From Anaerolineae bacterium (GTDB lineage: Bacteria; Chloroflexota; Anaerolineae; CG2-30-64-16): 64,000 bases of DNA. Position 1 is the stretch's first letter. The number at the start of each line of letters is the position of its first letter. This document shows, in pieces, positions 43,527 to 50,957 of the stretch. The position numbers and the translations under genes are program-made. The stretch lies in NCBI GenBank assembly GCA_040766655.1, contig JAXGQB010000013.1, positions 31 to 64,030 of the forward strand, given 5' to 3'. The notes beneath the pieces were generated by a model. That model ran no database searches and was not told where the DNA came from. It saw only the letters and a list, made by a program, of their open reading frames with translations.

Positions 43527-44987
43527 TTACGCCAGCCCAACCTTGGCGTTGAACTCCTCGATCAACGCGTCGATCTCATCGACCTGGCCGTGCACGCCGG
43601 TCCAGTAGTCCTTCTTGTGCCACTGATCCATGATTTCCTCATAGGTCTTGCCCTGCTGCTCGACCCAGGTGTAGTACTTCAGGTTGTGGACGCGTTTGCG
43701 CGCGGGATAGGTGAGCTCCTCGACGTAGTCGGTGGTGAGGCCGAGGATGTGCTGGTGGTAGACCGCCGCCGCGTCGCATGCCGTGAATTCGCCATGCCCC
43801 TCGACCAGTTCCTGCAAGCGGCTGGTGTACAGTTCCATGGAGTCGGTGAGCACGGTCACCACGACGTCGCCCTCGCCCCATTCGTACCACTTAGCCATCT
43901 TGATCGCGGACGCGATGTTGGCCGCGCCGGAGATGCCGACCAGGTCCAACTGCTCAACCAATTCCTCGGACACGCCCTGTTTCAACAGGTACTTGCGCCC
44001 TTCCGGCTCCATGAAGAGCCGGATCATCTGCATGGGGATCTCGTCATCGATCGCCATGACCATGTCGGTGTTCCTGAGATTGTGGATCCACGGCACGTGC
44101 TTGTCGCCGATGCCCTCGATGCGGTGCGCGCCGAAGCCATTCTGGAGCAGCGTGGGGCACTGCAACGCCTCGCTGGCGGCCACCTTGCTCTCGGGGAAGA
44201 GGGTCTTCAGGTAATCGCCCACCCCGATGGTGCCGGCCGAGCCGGTGGTGAAGACCGAGCCGGCCAGCCGGTCATTCGGGCCCATTGCCTTCTCGAGCAT
44301 CTCCTTCACCGCATTGCCGGTGACGTCGTAGTGCCAGAGATGGTTGCCGAACTCGTCGAACTGGTTGAAGATCACCAGGTCCTCGCCCGAGCGGCGCAGT
44401 TCCCAGCACTTGTCGAAGATTTCCTTGACGTTGCTCTCCGTGCCGGGCGTGGCGATCACCTCGCCAGCGACGTTCTGCAGCCATTCGAAGCGCTCGCGGC
44501 TCATGCCCTCGGGCAGGATGGCGACCGATTCGCACGCCAGCAGCGCCGAATCGTATGCACCGCCGCGGCAGTAGTTGCCGGTCGAGGGCCAGACGGCCTT
44601 CTGTGTGGTCGGGTCAAACTGCCCCGTGACCAGCCGGGGGACCAGGCAGCCGAAGGCCGCGCCGACCTTGTGCGCGCCGGTGGGAAACCATTTGCCCACC
44701 AGCACCAGGATGCGCGCATCCACGCCGGTCAACGCCTTGGGCAGCTCGAGGTAGTTGACGCCGCCGAAGCCGCCACCTTCAGCGACCGGCTCGTTCTTCC
44801 AGGTGATCCGGAAGAGGTTGCGCGGGTTGATGTCCCAGAGGCCGATGCCCTTCAACTCTGCCTTGATCTTGTCGGGGATCAGTTCCGGGTTACGCTGCTG
44901 GGCGAAGGTCGGGATGATGATGTTGCGCTCGCGCGCTCGCTGCACGGTGCGCTCGAGGCTTTCGGGATGGACAGTCAGATCGATCAT
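43527..44987 (-). CDS. Fold-type II PLP-dependent enzyme, TrpB-like / OrtB-like family (function unknown)
   Basis: A 486-aa protein in which FPTGAHKVGAAF resembles the TrpB-type HTGAHK PLP-lysine motif. A glycine-rich GSAGTIG loop is also present. No closer assignment is possible by eye. Confidence 0.55.
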   Translation of the reverse strand: MIDLTVHPESLERTVQRARERNIIIPTFAQQRNPELIPDKIKAELKGIGLWDINPRNLFRITWKNEPVAEGGGFGGVNYLELPKALTGVDARILVLVGKWFPTGAHKVGAAFGCLVPRLVTGQFDPTTQKAVWPSTGNYCRGGAYDSALLACESVAILPEGMSRERFEWLQNVAGEVIATPGTESNVKEIFDKCWELRRSGEDLVIFNQFDEFGNHLWHYDVTGNAVKEMLEKAMGPNDRLAGSVFTTGSAGTIGVGDYLKTLFPESKVAASEALQCPTLLQNGFGAHRIEGIGDKHVPWIHNLRNTDMVMAIDDEIPMQMIRLFMEPEGRKYLLKQGVSEELVEQLDLVGISGAANIASAIKMAKWYEWGEGDVVVTVLTDSMELYTSRLQELVEGHGEFTACDAAAVYHQHILGLTTDYVEELTYPARKRVHNLKYYTWVEQQGKTYEEIMDQWHKKDYWTGVHGQVDEIDALIEEFNAKVGLA

Positions 44988-45003
44988 GGTGATGCCTTTC
45001 TGT

Positions 45004-45038
45004 TAAGTGCGGGGCACTTCCGAAGTGCCCCGCACTTA
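45004..45038. repeat. GTGCGGGGCACTT palindrome (H3 variant)
   Basis: taagtgcggggcacttCCGaagtgccccgcactta. Confidence 0.9.
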
Positions 45039-45051
45039 CTGGTTGTATGTG

Positions 45052-46329
45052 CTATTTGCCGAGCGCGCGTTTCACGTCGGCCAGGTCTTTATTGACGATG
45101 TAGGGTTCCGACACGGACTTGCGGGCGGAGGCAATGTCCTTGAGGCCATTGCCGGTGACGAGCACGACGATGCGCTCCTCAGGATGCACCAGGCCCTCTT
45201 TGACCGCCTGGACGAGCCCTGCGTAGGAGGCAGCGCCCGCAGGCTCGGCGAAGACGCCGCTGCGCTGGGCCACCACCGGGATCGCGGCGATGATCTCTTC
45301 GTCGGTGACCTTCACGTAGGCGCCGCCGGTCGCCCTGACCGCGCGCAACCCCTTGATCCGGTCCGCGGGCAGTCCGGCCGAGATGCTGTCGGCGATCGTG
45401 TGCGCGTCGATCGGCTGCATGTCCATCGCGTCGATGCCACGCTGCCATGCGTCGTACAACGCAGCCGAACCTGCGGCCTGGACGCCCAGGATGCGCGGCA
45501 TCCTGGTGATCCAGCCGAGGCTGTACAGGTCGAACAGGCCCTTGTACAGCCCGCCGATGATGCAGCCGTCGCCGACCGAGACGACGATCCAATCCGGTGC
45601 GTCCCAGAGATCGGGTGATTGGCCGGCGGTCCTGGTCTGCGCGTTGAATTGCTCGCAGATCTCGAGGGAGGCGGTCTTCTTCCCCTCGCTCATGTAGGGG
45701 TTGTAGCCCGTGTTGCGGTTGTACCAGCCGAATTCCTTCGCGGCCCACGCACACAACTCGAACGCATCGTCGTAGCTGCCGCGCACCAGCATCACCGTGC
45801 TGCCGTAGACCAGCAACTGCGCCACCTTGGCGGGGGGCGCGGACTCCGGGACGAAGATCACGTTGGGCTGTCCCACGCTGGCGCAGATCGCGGACAACGC
45901 GGCGCCTGCGTTGCCCGTGCTGGACGTCGTGATGACCTCAGCGCCCTTTTCATGCGCCTTGACCACCGCGATCGCACTGGCGCGGTCCTTGAACGACGCG
46001 CTGGGATTGCGGCCGTCATCCTTGACCCACACGTGTTTCAGCCCCAGGCCTGCGGCCAGGCGATCGGCCCGGTAGAGCGGCGTCCAGCCGATGGCGAGCG
46101 GCGGCACCGGGCTGTCCGGCTGGATCGGAAGCAGGGGCCTGTAGCGCCAGATGGTGTTGTCGTGGTGCTGTGCCAGCGACAGCGGGCTGATACGGGTCTT
46201 GATCAGCTCGTAATCGTACTGCACGTCGAGGATGCCGTCGTCTCCGTGGTGCGGGCAGACGTATGCCACCTCATCCGCGCCATACTCCGCGCCGCAGATC
46301 AGGCACTTCAACGATTTTACGTGATCCAC
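45052..46329 (-). CDS. Threonine-synthase-like PLP-dependent enzyme with N-terminal zinc ribbon
   Basis: N-terminal zinc ribbon CLICGAEY...CPHHG. PLP lysine motif PSASFKDRAS, STGNAGAALS, and a GxGDG-like VSVGDGCIIGG loop. Confidence 0.7.
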   Translation of the reverse strand: MDHVKSLKCLICGAEYGADEVAYVCPHHGDDGILDVQYDYELIKTRISPLSLAQHHDNTIWRYRPLLPIQPDSPVPPLAIGWTPLYRADRLAAGLGLKHVWVKDDGRNPSASFKDRASAIAVVKAHEKGAEVITTSSTGNAGAALSAICASVGQPNVIFVPESAPPAKVAQLLVYGSTVMLVRGSYDDAFELCAWAAKEFGWYNRNTGYNPYMSEGKKTASLEICEQFNAQTRTAGQSPDLWDAPDWIVVSVGDGCIIGGLYKGLFDLYSLGWITRMPRILGVQAAGSAALYDAWQRGIDAMDMQPIDAHTIADSISAGLPADRIKGLRAVRATGGAYVKVTDEEIIAAIPVVAQRSGVFAEPAGAASYAGLVQAVKEGLVHPEERIVVLVTGNGLKDIASARKSVSEPYIVNKDLADVKRALGK

Positions 46330-46349
46330 AACGGGCTCCTCCCCTTGTT

Positions 46350-46382
46350 AAGTGCCGGGCACTTCCGAAGTGCCCGGCACTT
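46350..46382. repeat. GTGCCGGGCACTT palindrome (H3)
   Basis: aagtgccgggcacttCCGaagtgcccggcactt. Confidence 0.9.
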
Positions 46383-46413
46383 GGTGACGCGCCAGGCACC
46401 TCCGGTGTGCGTC

Positions 46414-47382
46414 TCAATCATGAACGATCCACGTGCCGGTCTTGCCGTCCAGCGCGTCGACGATGTGCGGCGGGTCGGTGATCAGGCCCTTGCCGTGCGG
46501 GTTCGCTTCCATGTAGGCGATCATGGCCTCGATCTTGGGCCCCATGCTGCCGGAGAGGAAGTGACCCTGCTTATAGAGCTCCTTGGCCTCGCTCAGCGTC
46601 AGCACGTCCAGCCATTGTTGGTCGGGCTTGTTGAAGTTGATCGCCACCTTCTGAACTGCGGTGCTGATCAGGAAGACGTCGACCTGCATCTCGGCCGCCA
46701 GGAGCGCGCTCGCGCGATCCTTGTCGATGACCGCGAAGACGCCCTTCAGGTCGCCGTTCTCCTCGCGGATGACTGGGATGCCGCCACCGCCCACGCCCAC
46801 CACGATGAAGCCGTTGGCGACGAGCGTCTTGATCGCCTCGATCTCGACGATCTCGAGCGGGATCGGGGAAGCGATCATGCGGCGCCATCCGCGGCCCGCA
46901 TCCTCCTTCACCATCCAGCCCTCGGCCTCGAACCGCTCCGCATTTTCTTTGGTGGTGAAGCCGCCGATGCCCTTAGTGGGATTGGTGAAGCCAGGATCAT
47001 CGCGGCCGACCAGCACCTGTGTGACCACGGCGGCGACGGAGCGCTTGATGCCCCGGCGGGTGAACTCGTTGTCCAGCGCGCGGGCGATCATGTAGCCGAT
47101 CGAGCCCTGCGTGTCCGCGCCGATGACATCCAGCGGCGTGGTGTGGACCTCGTGCTCGGCCAACTCGTTGCGACGCAAGATGAAGCCCACCTGCGGGCCG
47201 TTGCCGTGGGTCACGATCACGTTCCAGCCGCGCTCGACCATATTCGCAATATGCTTGCAGGTCTCTTCGACGGCTTGCACCTGCGACTGCGTATCCTCGT
47301 GCTGTTTGTCCAGGATCAGGGCATTGCCGCCCACGGCGACGACGGCGACCTTGTCGGTTCCGTCCGTGATGGAAATCGTCAT
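46414..47382 (-). CDS. arcC: Carbamate kinase
   Basis: VAVGGNAL, THGNGPQVG, GADTQGSIGY and GGGGIPV motifs. Confidence 0.9.
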   Translation of the reverse strand: MTISITDGTDKVAVVAVGGNALILDKQHEDTQSQVQAVEETCKHIANMVERGWNVIVTHGNGPQVGFILRRNELAEHEVHTTPLDVIGADTQGSIGYMIARALDNEFTRRGIKRSVAAVVTQVLVGRDDPGFTNPTKGIGGFTTKENAERFEAEGWMVKEDAGRGWRRMIASPIPLEIVEIEAIKTLVANGFIVVGVGGGGIPVIREENGDLKGVFAVIDKDRASALLAAEMQVDVFLISTAVQKVAINFNKPDQQWLDVLTLSEAKELYKQGHFLSGSMGPKIEAMIAYMEANPHGKGLITDPPHIVDALDGKTGTWIVHD

Positions 47383-47393
47383 ACGCTCGCTCC

Positions 47394-48383
47394 TCAGCCC
47401 ATCGTCAGGGCCATGACGGCCTTCTGCGCGTGGAGGCGGTTCTCTGCCTCGTCATAGACCACCGAGTTGGGCCCGTCGATGACCGCGTCGGTGACCTCGA
47501 TGTTGCGGTCCGCGGGAAGCGGGTGCATGTAGATGGCGTCGGGCTGGGCCAGGGCCATCTTCTGCTCGTCGGTGATCCAGTTTTTGAAGGAGTCCTGGAG
47601 CTTCTTGCCCTCGACCTTGTCGGTGGTGGTGAGCAGCGGGCCCCACGACTTGGCGTAGATGACATCCGCATCCTTGAAGGCGATGTCCATACCGTTGGGA
47701 TCCTCGACGATCTCGAAGGCGGTCTTGTACTTGCGCGCCTGTTCCTGGGCCATGCCGACGATGTCGGGCATCAACTGGAAGCCGGGCGGGTAGGCCAGGG
47801 TCACGTCCATGCCGAAGCGCGGCATCTGCAGGATCAACGACTGCGGCACAGAGATCGGCTTCAGGTAGGACGCGGCGTAGGCCCAGGAGACGACGATCTT
47901 CTTCTTGCGCAGGTCGCGGCCCTTCTTTTCCATGATGGTCATCAGGTCGGCCAGGCACTGGAAGGGGTGGTAGATCTCGCACTGCATGTTGAGCACCGGC
48001 ACGCGGGAGGCCTTTGCCACCGCGTTCAGGTACGCGTTGCCGATGGGCCAGTCGCAGTGACGGATGGCGATGCCGTCGAAGTAGCGGCCGAAGATCTCGC
48101 CGATCTCCTTCGGCGTGTCGCCGTGCGCGATCTGGGTCGTCGTGCTCTCGATGAAGGCGCCGTGGCCGCCGAGCTGGGCCATGCCGGCCTCGAATGAGCC
48201 GCGGGTGCGCGTGCTGCTGAAGAAGAACAGCATGGCGAGCACCTTGTCGCGCAGATATGCGTGAGGTTCGTTCAACGCGCGCTTGCGCTTGAGATCGAAC
48301 GCCACATCCAATACGGTCTCGACCTCCTCCTTCGAGAAGTCGAGATCGCCGATCATGTCACGCCCATGAAGAAAAGTCTGCAT
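47394..48383 (-). CDS. YgeW-like carbamoyltransferase (ATCase/OTCase superfamily, substrate unresolved)
   Basis: SSTRTRGSFE, HPFQCLADL, SWAYAASYLKPISVPQ (YgeW-like rather than the OTCase DVWxSMG) and MHPLPADR. Confidence 0.7.
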   Translation of the reverse strand: MQTFLHGRDMIGDLDFSKEEVETVLDVAFDLKRKRALNEPHAYLRDKVLAMLFFFSSTRTRGSFEAGMAQLGGHGAFIESTTTQIAHGDTPKEIGEIFGRYFDGIAIRHCDWPIGNAYLNAVAKASRVPVLNMQCEIYHPFQCLADLMTIMEKKGRDLRKKKIVVSWAYAASYLKPISVPQSLILQMPRFGMDVTLAYPPGFQLMPDIVGMAQEQARKYKTAFEIVEDPNGMDIAFKDADVIYAKSWGPLLTTTDKVEGKKLQDSFKNWITDEQKMALAQPDAIYMHPLPADRNIEVTDAVIDGPNSVVYDEAENRLHAQKAVMALTMG

Positions 48384-48413
48384 GTGTATATCTCCTTTGT
48401 AAGTGATTGGTGG

Positions 48414-48522
48414 TTAGGGACTGGGCGTCGGATACTGGATACCGGATGCCCGTTCCCAGTGACCAGTATCCAGTTCCTAGTCCCCGGTCCCCAGTCTCCA
48501 GTATCCAGTATCTGGTATCCGG
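48414..48522. repeat. Intergenic inverted heptamer arrays (GGATACT vs CCAGTAT, plus CCCCGGT/CCCCAGT)
   Basis: tagggactgggcgtcggatactggataccggatgcccgttcccagtgaccagtatccagttcctagtccccggtccccagtctccagtatccagtatctggtatccgg. It abuts the stop codon of the pyrB-like gene. Confidence 0.95.
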
Positions 48523-49503
48523 TCAGTCCACCGCGCCCAGGACGAGCGCCAGCAGGGCCATGCGCATCACGACGCCGTTGAAGGCCTCCTGCCAGTAGCG
48601 GGACCAGCGCGTTATGTCCACATCGAGCGGAATCTCGTCCATGCGCGGCAGCGAGTGCAGCAGCATCGCGTCGGGCTTGGCCTTGCGCTCGAGCAGATCG
48701 CGCGTGATCTTGTAGGCAGCTGGCGTCAGGCTGTAGTCCGTCGCAGCTTCCTGGCGGGCCTTGGTGTAGTCCGGCTGGATCACCGGTTCGACGAGGATCA
48801 CGTCTGCTTCCGAAATGACCTGCTCGACGTGTTCGGCCTCCTTGAAGTCGAGCGAATACTGCTTGAAGTCGTTCTTGTACTCTTCGGGCATGCGCATATC
48901 GGGCGACCCGGGGAACAGGTCGTCCGGGCCGGGCGAGACGAACGTGATGGGGCAGTCGAACTGCGTGAGCGCGTAGCCCAGCGAGTGCATGGTGCGCATC
49001 CGCATGTCGCCCACGGCCACCCACTTCAGCCCATCGATCCGGTGCTTCTGCTGCAGGACGGTGTACAGATCGGTGAGGATCTGCGTCGGGTGTTCGCCCC
49101 AGCCATCGCCTCCGTTGAGGACCGGCACCGATGCCCATTTCGCGGCCTCGTGCGGTGCGCCCTTCTGGAAGTGACGCATCACGATCACGTCGCCGTAGAA
49201 CTCCAGCATCTTGACGGTATCTTTGATCGATTCCTGGTACCAGTCACCGGCCCGGGTCATCTTGGCGTCCGAGAAGCCGGTGACGTGGCCGCCCAGCCGG
49301 TGCATCGCGGCCTCGTGTGCCAGGCGGGTGCGGGTGGATGGCTGGTAGAAGGCAGTGACGAGAATCTTGTCCTTCAGCAGATCCAGGTTGCGCCGATCGC
49401 GGGCAACCGGTTCCAGCCGCGTCGCTACGTCGAAGACGCGGAAGAACTCCTGGCGTTCAAAGTCTTTGAGCGAAAGGATGTCACGACCAATGAAGCTGCG
49501 CAT
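48523..49503 (-). CDS. Aspartate carbamoyltransferase-like catalytic chain (PyrB family paralogue)
   Basis: PSTRTRLAHE, GEHPTQILTDL, VGDMRMRTMHSL and LHSLPRMDEI (ATCase-type LPR..EI). Confidence 0.75.
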   Translation of the reverse strand: MRSFIGRDILSLKDFERQEFFRVFDVATRLEPVARDRRNLDLLKDKILVTAFYQPSTRTRLAHEAAMHRLGGHVTGFSDAKMTRAGDWYQESIKDTVKMLEFYGDVIVMRHFQKGAPHEAAKWASVPVLNGGDGWGEHPTQILTDLYTVLQQKHRIDGLKWVAVGDMRMRTMHSLGYALTQFDCPITFVSPGPDDLFPGSPDMRMPEEYKNDFKQYSLDFKEAEHVEQVISEADVILVEPVIQPDYTKARQEAATDYSLTPAAYKITRDLLERKAKPDAMLLHSLPRMDEIPLDVDITRWSRYWQEAFNGVVMRMALLALVLGAVD

Positions 49504-49534
49504 ACGAAGTTCCTCTCCTGTATGGGATGCAGTG

Positions 49535-49616
49535 GCCGGTCGTGCGAGGTCCGCCTCGCCAGCCGGTCGTGCGAGTTCTGCCTCGCCAGCGGGGTGAGTA
49601 AGATCTCACCCCGCTG
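49535..49616. repeat. Two tandem 27-bp units (GCCGGTCGTGCGAGG-TCCG-CCTCGCCA), then a 12-bp-stem hairpin
   Basis: gccggtcgtgcgaggtccgcctcgcca / gccggtcgtgcgagttctgcctcgcca, followed by cagcggggtgag-taagat-ctcaccccgctg. Confidence 0.9.
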
Positions 49617-49629
49617 CTGTGAAAACCCT

Positions 49630-50847
49630 CTATTCTTGTTCCTTCATGATCTTGGGCAAGGCCGCGTAAAACTCGGTGGCCTGGACGACCTCGTCCAGCG
49701 GCACGTTTTCGTTCCGCATGTGCGCGGTCTTCTCGTCGCCGGGGCCGAGGCCGATGGAGGGGATGCCCGCCTTGCCAGCCCAATAGGTGCCGTTGGTCGA
49801 GAAGTCCCACGTGCCGAGCCGGCGCGGTTCTCCCCACAGCGCCTCGACCGTGCGCTGCCCCGCCAATGCCAGCGGATGATCGTCCTCAAGCAGCCAGGCC
49901 GGGTAGTACTTGCTCACGGGGAAGACGAATCCGGTGTAGGACGGCTCCTCGTAGAAGAGCTCTTCCACGAGGATCTCCTTCTGCAGGTAATCGGGAATGA
50001 GCCCCTTGATCTGGTTGATCACGTGATCGTGGGGCTCATTCGACGTGATACGCCGGTCGAGGTAGATGGTGAACTCGTCGGGCACGGCGTTGAGAGAGGC
50101 CGTGCGAACATGCACGTCGGTGACGGAGATGGAGGGGTTGCCCTGCACGGGATGCATGCCCATGCCGAAACGGAAACGACGATCCAGCTCGCGAATCTGC
50201 GTGATGATCGACATCATCTTGTACACAGCGTTGTCGCCCAGGTAGTGCGAGGCCGCGTGCGCCGACCGGCCCGACGCCGTGATCTTCATCTCGATGCGGC
50301 CCTTGTGCCCCCGGTAGACCTGCATCTTGGTCGGCTCGCCGATCACCACGAAGTCGGGCCGCACCTTGGGGTCGACCTCGACGAACGTGTTGGGCGCAAT
50401 GCCGTCACACCACTCTTCCATGTTGCCGAAGTAGTAGACCGTGTAGCCGTCCAGCCAGCCCAGGTCGCGCGCCATGGCCAGGCCATACACCATGCCGGGC
50501 GTGCTGCCCTTTTCGTCGCACGCGCCGCGCGCATAAAGCCGGCCGTCTTCCACCTTGCCGATGAAGGGATCCCACTCCCATTCTTTGGGATCGCCGACGC
50601 CCACCGTATCGATGTGGCTGTCGTAGACGATGACCTTAGGCCCGTCACCGATGCGGCCGACGGTGTTGCCCATCTTGTCGAAGCGTGCTTCCTCCCAGCC
50701 GAGCTTGCGCATCTCTGCCTGGATGCGTTCGCCGACCGGGCCGATCTCGGAATTCATCGAGGGGATGGCGCAGATGTCGCGCATGAACTGGATGATGTCT
50801 TCACGACTCTGCTGAACGCGTGCCTGTAGTTCCTTCAGTTGATCCAT
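49630..50847 (-). CDS. ygeY: YgeY-type M20 family metallohydrolase (selenium-metabolism-linked hydrolase family)
   Basis: MDQLKELQARVQQSREDIIQFMRDICAIPS, SHIDTVGVGD, YARGACDEKGS and NMEEWCDG. ATG 50847 lies downstream of GGAGGGAGG. Confidence 0.75.
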   Translation of the reverse strand: MDQLKELQARVQQSREDIIQFMRDICAIPSMNSEIGPVGERIQAEMRKLGWEEARFDKMGNTVGRIGDGPKVIVYDSHIDTVGVGDPKEWEWDPFIGKVEDGRLYARGACDEKGSTPGMVYGLAMARDLGWLDGYTVYYFGNMEEWCDGIAPNTFVEVDPKVRPDFVVIGEPTKMQVYRGHKGRIEMKITASGRSAHAASHYLGDNAVYKMMSIITQIRELDRRFRFGMGMHPVQGNPSISVTDVHVRTASLNAVPDEFTIYLDRRITSNEPHDHVINQIKGLIPDYLQKEILVEELFYEEPSYTGFVFPVSKYYPAWLLEDDHPLALAGQRTVEALWGEPRRLGTWDFSTNGTYWAGKAGIPSIGLGPGDEKTAHMRNENVPLDEVVQATEFYAALPKIMKEQE

Positions 50848-50867
50848 TCCGGGTTTACCTCCCTCCA

Positions 50868-50950
50868 CAATTGAAAATTGAAGATTGAAGATTGAAGATT
50901 GAAGAGCGCGACCCGTAATCTGTGATTTTCAATTTTCAATCTTCAATTCG
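50868..50950. repeat. Inverted GATTGAA arrays forming a long hairpin between cistrons
   Basis: caattgaaaattgaagattgaagattgaagattgaagag ... tgattttcaattttcaatcttcaattcgg. Confidence 0.95.
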
Positions 50951-50957
50951 GATTCGT

